Assembly (NCBI GenBank): GCA_002269645.1
Contig: NIVC01001371.1
Coordinates: 1-64,000 of the forward strand
From: Macrostomum lignano
Lineage: Eukaryota
Direction: 5' to 3'
DNA: 64,000 nucleotides
Shown here: positions 23,493 through 35,600 of the stretch, piece by piece
How the letters are laid out: each line of letters starts with the position of its first letter
Position numbering within the stretch: position 1 is the first letter of the stretch
Translations under genes and position numbers: made by a program
Notes under the pieces: model-generated
What the model was told of the DNA's origin: nothing
The model's database searches: none
The model's input: only the letters and a program-made list of their open reading frames with translations

Positions 23493-25955
23493 TCAGGCCC
23501 AGATGCGCAGCGTGGTGTCCCAGCTGCCGGTACAAACGGCCGTGCCGTCTGGCACAACCCGCAGACAGCTGACCCGATTCTCGTGCCCGTACAGCATAGC
23601 AACTCGTTTAGCCTTCAACACGTCCCAAACGTTGAGCACGTAGTCCGAATAGCCGGCGAATAGCAGGCGGCCGCTCAGGCTGAAATCCACGGCGTTGCAG
23701 CCAAACAGGACAGACTCCTTCTTGTAGACGGCCACCTCCCGGTCGGTGCGCAGGTCGAACAGTCGGCAGCTGGCGTCGTCGCTGCCAGTGACGAAGGCAT
23801 CGCCGGACGGATAGAATCTGACGCTATTGACGTCCGACTCGTGACTGTCAAATAGTTGGACACACTGGCCGCTGCGCATGTCCCAAACGTTGGCGGCTCG
23901 GTCACAGCCGGCCGAGACGAAAACTCGGCCACTCTCAGACGGGCTTAGGTCCAATGCCTGGACGTCGCCGGCGTGGCCATGGAAGGATTGAATCATCTGG
24001 CCGCTCTCGACGTCCCAAAGGACGCAGGTCGAATCTCCACTACCTGTTAGCACCTGGCAGTTTGGTGAAGGATATTTTTTAGAGATTTTTGCTAAAGTAC
24101 ATAGTGACTTTTTATTATGCTTCATATTAGGCCAATGACTATTATGCAAAACACCATCAGGCTTACTAATTGACTGGGTGACCAACTGTTTGACTGGGTG
24201 ACCAACTGATTGACTGGGTGACCGACTGATTGACTGGGTGACCAACTGATTGACTGTGTGATCAACTGATTGACTGGGTGACCAACTGATTGACTGGGTG
24301 ACCAACTGATTGACTTGGTGACCGACTGATTGACTGTGTGATCAACTGATTGACTGGGTGACCAACTGATTGACTGGGTGACCAACTGATTGACTTGGTG
24401 ACCGACTGATTGACTGGGTGACCAACTGATTGACTGTGTGACCAACTGATTGACTGGGTGACCAACTGATTGACTGGGTGACCAACTGATTGACTGGGTG
24501 ACCAACTGTTTAACTGGGTGACCAACTGTTTGACTGGGTGACCAACTGATTGACTGGGTGACCAACTAATTGACTGGGTGACCAGCTATTCGACTGGGTG
24601 ACCAACTGATTGACTGAATGAACAACTGATTGACTGAATGACCAACGGATTGACTGAATGACCAACTGATTGACTGGGTGGGTCTTATTTTGTAAAAGTT
24701 CGGTTCAACCATAAAGTTTTTCCTTAATTGGAATACGACTAAGTTGCTAAATGGGCGCTCGTTGTGCGGCCTTCGGCAAGTGGTACTCAGCATGTGACAT
24801 TTTCTGGCGTGCGCTGCGCAGTAGCGTAGAAAATTTCCATCCATTGGACCACCCTCCCCCCCCCCCCCGGTTTGTCCCGTGACCCCTTGACGCGGCTCCC
24901 ATCCCATATAATCAAAAATTAAAGAGAATCCTCAGATAGCTAGAGCTTAAGTTATCAGACCTCGAATACCATACAGGCTTGAATTATAATTTACATTTAC
25001 AAACGCGAAACGAGAATGCAAGAAATATCAGAAAATAAACAATTTCACACCTGATGATCGGAGGTGTTAAACTGGCAGCAAGCCAGGTAAGACGTGTGCG
25101 TGCCAACCAGCCTCTTCTTGGTGACGGGTTCCTCTTCCAGCAGCGGGTAGATGCTGCACTTGTTATCCAAACCGCCACAGGCCACAAACTGGCCAGATGG
25201 GCTATAGGCGCAGGCCATCACCCAGGTGGTTGCCATAGAGATGGCGTGCTCCTTATTGGTTGTAAATGCGTCCCATACAAGCAGTTTTCCATCCTAAAGA
25301 AATGTATAAAGAAAGCACATGTTAAATGATACATTGCATACTTGTCTAACTTAGCACACATTAAACTTACATGAGATGTTGACACAAGATGGCGCTTGTC
25401 TTGAGACCAGGACATACAAAGAACTTTTCCCTGGTGACCCTTGAGTACTTTTCGAACTTTGATGTTGACTTGAGTGATTGGCTCTATCTTTTGGCATGAT
25501 AGAATCACTAAAAATTAATAGGATAGTGAGAATTTTATAAGCACTTATTATATTTCAATAAAATAGACTTTTTCACTACCTAATTTAGCACAGTATGTAC
25601 TGCATAAATATGTATTTAGGAAAAGCTATTGATATACAAGTATCAGCAGCACATATACAAGCTTACATAGATAAATTATCTTAACCATGGTAACTTCTTG
25701 CATTATATAATATTACCAAAAAAGCAATAGATCAACACAAAAATTATTCAAAAAACAAATTGTACTTCCCCACATAACCACATAACCTAGGACTTTATCA
25801 TGTTGGTTTAAATCAGAATAGTGTTAATTTTAGAAAATTAAAAAAAAAGTTTAGAAAGTAAAAAACTTACAGTCAGCATCAGAAAGCTTTCCCTGTTCCT
25901 CAGCAAGCTTCTTTTTCAGTGTCTCTATCTCTCCTGTTAGATCTTGTTCTTCCAT
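23493..25955 (-). CDS. GNB5: Guanine nucleotide-binding protein subunit beta-5, 4 coding exons, 341 aa
   Basis: complement(join(23493..24053,25051..25293,25371..25507,25871..25955)); all introns are GT-AG and phase-consistent. The coiled-coil start [17 protein letters not shown] is followed by WD40 repeats with beta-5-type residues ([61 protein letters not shown]). Confidence 0.95.
24168..24680. repeat. 20-bp minisatellite in GNB5 intron 3, about 25 copies
   Basis: Same GACCAACTGATTGACTGGGT unit as 17504-18348, decaying at the right end. Confidence 0.96.
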
Positions 25956-26460
25956 TTAGTAAATAAATTTAGAAAAATGATAATATAATTTATAAGAAAT
26001 CAAAAATAATTAGAATAGATAGAACTCGTAATTTTAGAATTAAAAAAATTGAATATCAATGTAGAATTTTGTCCAGTTATAATTGTATACACAAAAATAA
26101 ACTGATTTTGACCAGATACAGTAGTTTAATTGTGTATATGGTAGTTCTCAATGACACCTACTGCATCTACTAAAATTGAATAGGTTTACTTGCAGTCCGT
26201 GTTGGTGGACGTCCAAGTATCTCATAGTGCCAAAAAAGAATTTTGCTTTCAAAGTTAAAAAAATATTTATATATTGTCGCGAATCATGAACCGCTTTTTT
26301 AAGAATAAAAGTTTACTATTATAAATTATTAATTCTGCAAATACTAGCTTTATTCTGTAAGTATGTGGGGTGTCCGAAGAGTTTGTTTTATTTTGATCCT
26401 AAGTTTTTATTTTTTAACTTTGCTCATGATTTCGAGTTTCTAGAAAATTGTTTTATTTCC

Positions 26461-27429
26461 ACTGCGCATAAATAATATAGTTATTAAACAAAAAATAGTT
26501 TACACTAACTCGAATCACGCACAGATTGATTGTTTGATGACGAAGTATTCAGCATAACTAAATATTTGGTCACTTCGTCATATTATTTTTCAAGCTACTT
26601 TGCTTCTGGTCACTTCGTCATCCGATATGACGAAATGGAATATCGAATATGACGATCTAACCAGTGACCATAATACCTACCTACAGCCTTTCTTTTTTCT
26701 TTGTTTGAAACGCAACTTTTCGTTCACGATTTCCCAGTGATTTTTTTACTTTGGAGGCCTAAATAATATATATACTAAATCTGATTTTACTGAATATACT
26801 CTCCTTTGGCTTTAGTTTGACTATTTTGTTTTCATTTTGACATTTTTGTATTAGGCCAAGGCCTATAATAAATTAACTTGAGTAGTGTTTAATAACAATA
26901 TATCTGCTTGCTTTGAGAATTTCATCCATAACTTATCTCTAGTTCATTGTTTATTTAAGTATTTTTGAGCAGTTTTAGATCCTAACACTTTGACTTATTT
27001 ATAAAAAACTTATTTTAATTTATAACATTCATTCTAAAATGAAACAAAGGACCTACATAATTAACATTTGTTTTTTAAATGATCTAAATAATATAGTTGT
27101 ACAAAAAATTGCTAGCAATCATTAGGAATAAATGTATAAAGTTGGATTCATATAAGCCTAGGCTAGGCTAAATAAATTAATAGTGAATGTTGATTTATTT
27201 TACTTAATGTTTAAATTTAAATTAAACTGCGCATAAATAATATAGTTATTAAACAAAAAATATGAATCTGGACGAAGTGACCAGAAGCAAAGTAGCTTGA
27301 AAAATAATATGACGAAGTGACCAAATATTTAGTTATGCTGAATACTCCGTCATCAACTAATCAATCTGTGCGTGATTTGAGTTAGTGTAAACTATTTTTT
27401 GTTTAATAACTATATTATTTATGCGCAGT
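26461..27429. mobile_element. Non-autonomous DNA-transposon-like element with about 159-bp inverted arms
   Basis: 26461-26619 is the reverse complement of 27271-27429 with few mismatches. A third, 37-bp copy of the terminus (ACTGCGCATAAATAATATAGTTATTAAACAAAAAATA) sits at 27226-27262. Confidence 0.75.
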
Positions 27430-27593
27430 TTAATAAATAGATAATACAGTATTGGTTCTCTAAAATAAGAATGAGAACTATCTTAAATTTATTTTTGACA
27501 ATTTTTATTATATCATTAATACATTATTATTTTATATTTTGTTATAGGCTACTTTCTTTAATAATAATATCCCTACTACTATCACTAGCAGTT

Positions 27594-27751
27594 GCATACA
27601 TGCGCAACCCCTCTGATTTACACTGGCCATGCGACTTACTTTTTGACCAAAAATGCGACTTACCTGTGAAAGAAACCCTAATGTAATTTTAGGTAAACGG
27701 CAAGAGTAACTATAACTGTCTTATAAGGGCTAAATGCCTCATCATCTAATT
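27594..27751. mobile_element. Dispersed repeat fragment (partner of 1694-1861)
   Basis: Reverse complement aligns to 1694-1861. This copy keeps CpGs that the other copy has lost. Confidence 0.75.
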
Positions 27752-30384
27752 AGTACTACGTCCGTATTCTTTAGGCTGGGAATTTTTGCGACTTCACTGG
27801 TCCACCACAATTTACGGTGACCAGATCGGCCAGGTCGGCCAGCAGTTGCGCATGTATGAGCAGTTGTAGGGCTATAAGTTTTTTTTCAGTCCTGGGCATT
27901 CCCTGGATCAGAGGGTCATAGCCTTATGTGGTTTTCCCTGCTCTGAGGCAATTTCTCCTGCCCTGAGGTGGCTATATACTCTATAAGGTTACTGCCCTAA
28001 GGCAATTCTTGCTCCTTAGTGGTTCTCTGATACTCCCAAAATCAGGTTTTTATTATAGAAATGAATAAGCTTTTTTGAACACTTGCAAATTTAATATAAG
28101 AACTATTAGGCCTATATTAACTTTGCTTAGGCAAGTTTATTAGCTTGCCAACAAGTCAAGTCAAGTTGCTTTCCTGGCCTGTTCTAGCCTTTTATTTATA
28201 TTTCATTTTTAGAACAAGCTTAATCAAAGTAGAATATTTTTGAAAATGACAACAGTTAAACAAAATTTTGCATCAATTTGAATGTGCATATTTCTAAGAA
28301 AGTGTAGCAAAATGTAAAGTATTAATTGTGCATAACAAAAGACTAACATTTCTTTGCTTAACACAGGCACTACCTCAATTCGTTTATTCAGTCTTATTCA
28401 ATTCAAATTTAAATTATAAATTTCAAATCATTTTAAACTTAAACTCAAAAATTATAAATTATAAATATCTATTGAAATCAAAATATATAATCATAAACTG
28501 AAAATTATACTTTCATTGAAATCTTTAATATAGATTGAAAATTTAATGTTAAGCCAGTTTTGTTTAATTCATTTGCATAAGCCTATATATGGACTTATTC
28601 TTAATATATACTATAGAAAATAAAGCACTTAGTGTAAAAGTTGACTTATACTTAAAATTCAATTTTTTAGTATAAGTCTGAACCAATAATATTCTAGATA
28701 AAGATAAAAATAAGATTATATATTTTAGATATATATGTGTATCGATAGACTACAAAAGAAATAGATAGGAACTTGAAACTAATGAGAATAAGGGTAAGTT
28801 AAGAGGTTGTTTTTTGGCTCAAAAAGGTTGGCTCAAAAAATATAAATGTCAATTTTTGATTGAGTTACCAAAATAAAAAGATGGGCAAAGATTTTTTAAA
28901 ATCAAAATGCTATAACTTGTAGGTTAAGATAATTTTTAAGATGCTATATAGTTTATATAGTTGTATAGGATATTGCTAAGATACTAAGGCTTATAGACAT
29001 AATAAGCAATTTTTTATTTAGCATTATTAAATAGCTCTTAAAAAGAGATCCTTATAATTGATTTTTTGTTTGTTCATTCTTATAGGATTTTTAAAGAATA
29101 AATATAGTGTATTCTACTAGCAATCTAATGTGTGCCCAATAAGCAAAGAGCAAAAATTATCCATTAAAAAGCACATTTTCTAAAGAATAAGTTCCTTTTT
29201 CAGTTTAAAAAATCACCTTATTTGAATAAAATTGTCATAGAAAAAGATGTTTGCTATAAATCTCTTTTTTCAAGTAACAAAAAGACTGCAAAATAAAGCC
29301 TTCAGAGAGATAATAGGCATTCCCCCTAAATAGAAAACATATCCAAAATAGCAAGCACCTTCCCAATACTAATAAGCTCTTTCAAATAACAAGCATCCCC
29401 CAGATAGCAAGTAGCTAGTGCAACCATTTCATTTGGCCAATGCCATAATCCATATAGCCATGATATTATAAGCCTTAGAAGAGAAAGGTATTAGAAAAGA
29501 ATTATAAGAGGTATGGGCTATATGTAGATCTTTTTTTATTTTTACTGTTACCATTCTATAATTCTGACTCTAGGTCTTTGAATATAAATAAATATTAAGA
29601 CTTAATTATTTGAATTTAGCAAAATTTACTGTAACAAAGCCCTATAAAAATGCTAGAAATACTATTTGAAGCTTAGGCATATATTTTATAACAATTTGAT
29701 TTTATATCCTCTGCTACCAATGGGATAAATTCCTAGATGGTAGGATTCTTTGCAACCACATTCAGAATGTATTTGATGCCTTTTATAAGCAAATATTTTT
29801 AAATACTATATTGTTATAGCTATAAAGATTGAGTTAAGTCAAGTTACAAAGATTGATTTGGTTGACTTAGAACATTTAGGGAAGGTCATTCTAAGTCTTC
29901 CATTCTTTTATAAGCATTGGCTTGTATGAGTATAGGTTTATTCCTTTGTCTGCTTCTTTTTAGGCCAATTCTAGCCTAGCCACATTCTGTGCTTATCAAA
30001 CTCCTTAGTCTTTCTGACCTTGCTTATCAACTATATAGTTCTAGTTTGCTAAGAAATTGTTAAATTCTAAGGGGTTTTATTTGAAAAACAAGTAGTATAT
30101 TTTGTTTATGGAATTCAAAATAAGGCAAAAATTTGAACAACCAAATTTGAATTCTAATTTGAACTTTTAAGTCAGTTTCTCATTCTCTTGGTTCATGTTT
30201 CCTCCCTCATCCTCATTGCACATATCTGATTGTGTCTACAATGTCATATTTATTGGCAGTTGCACTAAGCTCTAAAGATTTGCACCTCACATTTTTACAC
30301 TCATTTTCTTTTTTATGTTTTGATCCATTCTAATCTAGCTTATTTGTTATGATTGACTCTTGTTAGATATTCCCTGTATCCCAC

Positions 30385-30690
30385 AAAGGGCCTGTCAACT
30401 TTAGCTCATAAAATGGAGCCTGAGTAACCTATAGATAATATGTCAGTCTGCTTACAGTGACACTAGGAAGTTGAATTTGGCAAAAAAGTGACAAAAATTT
30501 GACCTGGGATAGGAGAGAACAAGCAAGGGGAGAACTAGGGACTCCACTTTATGAACCTTGCTTGTTCTCTCTGAATTTTTGTCCTTTTTGCCAAATCCAG
30601 CTTCCTGGTGACACCGAGCAGAATGATGTATCAATTGTGTACATAGGTTACTCAGGCTCCACTTTATGAGCCTAAGTTGACAGGCCCTTT
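30385..30690. mobile_element. 306-bp MITE-like element with 48-bp terminal inverted repeats
   Basis: AAAGGGCCTGTCAACTTTAGCTCATAAAATGGAGCCTGAGTAACCTAT (30385-30432) matches the reverse complement of 30643-30690 with about 3 mismatches. A partial internal copy lies near 30539. Confidence 0.75.
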
Positions 30691-32653
30691 CTGTGTTCAT
30701 AGCAATATTTAAAATAAGCCAAAAGGAGCAGCAGCTCTATATCACTAGATCTGCACTGTAAGCCTCTAAGCCTTAATTCCTTTGTTGTTCTGATCTGCTA
30801 GATAGCAATAGGCAGCTTAGAAGGATCTAGCGTGTTTTACATTTTGGCTCTGCTCCATTTAGCACACGAGGTTTGGCTAGCTGCTACCCAATGATCAGTC
30901 TAGGCACATTCTATTTAACAAAATGCACCGTGCCAATGGTTTTAGCTACTTGCTAAGTATACTGATAGTAGTAGTAAATAAGGCTTATAAAATTAGCAGA
31001 AAATCAGATTGAATTCTGTTTATTATTATTCACTTGTAACTCTCTTGTCTCATAAAGAGTTTTCAAATTGAAGCTTAATTTAAATTCAGTTTTTTATTTG
31101 GTTTTTGTTGTCACTGTTTCTATTTGAATAACAATCTTATTTAAGGTCAGTGCATTAAAGTGCCATTAATAAAAACTTTTAAACGTTCTACCTCAGAAAA
31201 GTAGTTATTTATCCAAAATTTGAATGATAATTTTATTTTCCTGCATCAGATTCTATTCAATTTGCCTATTCGAATTTTCAATTCGCGTGCTCAATTGCTT
31301 TTTCTATAAAAGCAGAACTGTATTCAGCCAGTTGCTTGTAATTAAGTGCATAGTTCTTCTTGGGTCGCCTGCTTTTATTAAGGACAGGTGAAACACAGAG
31401 TATGAGTATATTTAGAAGCACGAAATTAAATATTAAGCTTGCGTAGAAACTGATCCTGCAGCGCTGTAGATTTTTTCCATCTGCTTTTTTAGCGCTTGTC
31501 GCTCATCGTTTAATTCTCTTTTCTTTAACTTTTCTTTCTTTCTCTTCTCATTGTCTTTCTTCTAGAAGCTTCTGGTTCACTCTCTCTGCGTGCGCCGCGA
31601 TTTAAATGGCCCGCTCGCGGCAGCGGTCGTGGTTGACCCAACTCAAGCATTGCCAGCCTGCCTTAAACCTCTTGACGTTCACCCCCTTCCCTCCGCTATT
31701 AAAGCTAACCCACAGAAGCCGCCAGTGAACTGTCCGTTCCATCATCACTACAGCTTCTATATAGTCACTACAGCTTCTATTCTCCCCCTTGGTACTTAGA
31801 GATATTTTATTGCTGGCCAGCCTGCTGCTCCATGCACACGCCTCTTATTTCGCTCGTCTTCTCTGCAGTTCGCTGCATGCGTGCGAGAATAAAAAAGTTG
31901 TGTTGCATAGCTAAGCTCTGAGTACTACTCGGGCGTGTACTGAGAACTAATTGAGCGAGTATGGCCTCAGTGCAACGAATAGTCTTGAGTAGGCAATCTG
32001 TCTTTCCCTCTTCATAGTCGAGCTTGCTCAGTGCTCATTCACCGATTGGCAACACGCACTGCGGTTGGTTGGCGGTCGGGGAAAACAGTCTCTCCCCTCC
32101 AAGCCACCTCTCCGCTGCCCTCTTCTGCCAGAGCCGGTCAATGCGCTCAGAATGAAAAAAAAATGTGTGAAGGCTTGGCCTTGGCGAGAGGGCGCGCAAA
32201 GGACAGAGAGAAGATGGGTTGCGCCTGTGCATGGGTTGGTGGCGAAGGCTTAGACTTTAACAAAAAACAAAAAGCGAGTAAGGTGGCGCTGCTGGTAGCC
32301 GCGAAGCCGGTTCATTTTTCTAGATTTTTTGCTTCGCTCGGCCTCGAAACTTCGAACGTTTGCTGTTAGTTCTAATCTTTCCTCTTGCAAACATTCCTTC
32401 TCCTGCGATTGGATAAGAACAGCTTTTGGCCAGATAAGCGCTCGAGCGTATCTTGAGTGTTCAAAAGAAGTTAAAGTCCCCTCTTCCGCGGCTTGGTGCG
32501 CGCGCAAAAATATATACTCTTTTCAGTTGAAGGCATAACTGCATTAAACGCGTCATTTGGTCTTGGCCAGTGGTTTCTCCGCCTCTTATTAGCGCCTAAG
32601 CGCGCTGCAGCATTCAGAAAAGCGAAAAGTCAGAATTAAACACTATCGTGAAT

Positions 32654-35600
32654 ATGGACGAGTTCTACTTCGACCAAGAATTCCAAGAACAGTCGGGCTT
32701 TAACTTCGACCAGTATCAGTACTTGTTCGGCCTGCAGCCTAAGCCGGACAATTCGCCCGACGATCCTCAGCAGCCAGTTGGTATTATTGTGAAACGGCCG
32801 CGCTCCGCTAGGCACAAGTCCGGCGGCAGCGACGCCTCGGACTCAATCAACCAGTTGTTGCACGTCACCTTCAAGCAGACTGACAGCGAGCCAGCTCAGT
32901 ATGATCTTGATGACGACGACGACGATAGCGCGTTCATCCCCGACGGAGCTCTAACGCGTCCGCCGTCTCGTCGGCATCAACATCATCGGGATCGCTGGCA
33001 GGCGCCCAGCGTTCAGCCGACTGGCATCCCGGCGCCAGCGCCGCCGCCGCCGCCAGTGTCGCGCCAGACGCGCCGAGTTAAATCGCGCGATCCGTCGCCG
33101 CTGGATCGGGGCGGTCCAAGGCATCGGTTTATCAACGGAGATGCACAGAATGGGATAGGTCTGTACACGTAGAGAGAATGGGATCTTTTAGTTTTTCCCT
33201 CAGGTAAAAATGATCGTTTCGAATTGCAAAGATCGTCAGCAGTCAGCAAACTAATCTACCTTGAAACTCTGCCTTGTTTGATGCTGCTCCAATGGGTCTC
33301 CAGCTCCCATCTACGATCCTTTACAATAGCGCTGCTGATCCTCATGGAGGGCCGCTAAACCTCACGGAATGCCGTTAATTCCCTTGAAGTGCCGCTAATC
33401 TTCATGAAGCGCCGCTAATTCTCACAGAGCGCCGCTAATCCCCAGTTCTATGCCATTCTAAATCATTCAGTATAAAAATACGTATGTAAATTATTGAACT
33501 TTAAAAAAATTGAACAGAGAAATAGTTTTGTCAGTTTTTGTTGAAATATGTTATCAATGCACTATCATCTTAAAACTAGAAAGTGTGTTGTTATAATGCT
33601 ATGTATTTTACTACTATTATATAGATTTTATTAATAGACTTGAACCATGCTTAATAAGCATCTATTAGTATTAGACTATCCAAGCAAAAGTGTAACTTTC
33701 TTTACTACTATTCCAGACCAGCGGCGGCACAACAGCCAGACGCGCCAGATGAACCGGCCAGTAAACAGCGGCGCCGGCGGCAGTCAGCTGAGGCGGCCGC
33801 TTCACAGTGGCCGGAATGCGATTTCCTCCGCTACTGCTGCTAGTGAGTCTTCTCCCGTGTTTGATGCAATTTTTTAAATTTAGTAATATGCGCGCTCCCT
33901 TATTTGTGAATAGGAAATAGATGAGTTGCTGGACTTTGTTAACGCGATTAGAGTTAGTGGATTAGGCCCTTTTTGCAATCGAATTGCTGTCTTAGAGATG
34001 CGATACTGTGTCATCGGAGTTCTAATATGTGAGAAGGAGCACGTGGCGTTGTGCAATTCGATACATTCTGTGCTTGCCTTGGTTACTAGTCTTCTTTACT
34101 CCGCCTTTATTCTCTTCAGAATCCATCTTGTCTTATCTCATTTTCATATGTCCGATCTCTCATCTACCATATCCGATCTCTCATCTCCCATGCCCGACCT
34201 CTTATCTCCCATGCCCAATCTCTCATCTATCATATCCGATCTCTCATCTACCATATCCGATCTCTCATCTACCATATCCGATCTCTCATCTACCATATCC
34301 GATCTCTCATCTACCATATCCGATCTCTCATCTACCATATCCGACCTCTCATCTACCATATCCGACCTCTCATCTACCATATCCGACCTCTCATCTACCA
34401 TATCCGATCTCTCATCTACCATATCCGATCTCTCATCTACCATATCCGATCTCTCATCTCCCATGCCCGACCTCTTATCTCCCATGCCCAATCTCTCATC
34501 TATCATATCCGATCTCTCATATTCCATATCCGACCTCTCATCTACCATATCCGACCTCTCATCTACCACATCCGATCTCTCATCTACCATATCCGATCTC
34601 TCATCTCCCATGCCAGATCTCTCCTCGTCCTCTGTCCTCTCGTATATCTTATCTCTATTATCTCCGTTCATACATACAATACCTAATCTCTTTTCAACTC
34701 TAATATCTTTATGCTTCTTGTCTGGACGTCTGTTTCTTCTGGCTTTGCCCTCTTAGTCTTCTCCCTGAGTCTCATTATTGGGTCGCATTCCAATTCTGAT
34801 TCCATTACCTGCTTGAATTTATTCAGGCTACAGACCTTGCAGTGCCAGGGCTTCTGGGTAGATGATTAATTTACCGTATTATTCGTTCAGTTTACATACC
34901 TACTTATATGGGTTTCTTGCTAACAGGAAATCTGTTTTAATGCATATTATTGTTAACTAATTAATTGTAACTAAGTGCCTAATTTCCTCATTTCGCAAGA
35001 CGGAATTAGCTTTCATTCACCTGTCAGTATTTTGCTTGCATTACTATATCATTTTCTCTTACCCCGTATTGTATAGTATGCGATGCGTGCTTTGAGAAAA
35101 AATTTATATATGAAGATTTTTCAGTATCTAGGTGCATTGTAGGCAGATTGTGGAATTATAAGTTAGGAGCAGATCGCTTGGATTTGATTGATCGCTCATT
35201 AGCGTGTTGGAGCATCGATTGAACCAAAAAACTGCTCAATATTAGGCCTGGCTAATTACAATAAGATTGTCTAAAAAGTATGTTTTTGTGGGTTTAGCGC
35301 CAAAATCAGCATGTTCAAAGTGTACATGTGAGTGGCTAGCGCCAAAATCAGCATGATCAAAGTGTACATGTGAGTGGCTAGCGCCAAAATCAGCATGTTC
35401 AAAGTGTACATGTGAGTGGCTGGCGCCTAAATCATCATTTTCAAAGTGTACATGTGAGTGACTAGCGCCAAAATCAGCATGTTCAAAGTGTACATGTGAG
35501 TGGCTAGCGCCAAAATCATCATTTTCAAAGTGTACATGTGAGTGGCTGGCGCCAAAATCATGTTCAAAGTGTACATGTGAGTGGCTGGCGCCAAAATCAT

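Noticed and set aside
24054-24305. N-terminal part of the 270-aa ORF as part of GNB5
   Set aside because: It is intron 3 read-through from the 20-bp array; the true exon starts at the acceptor at 24053.
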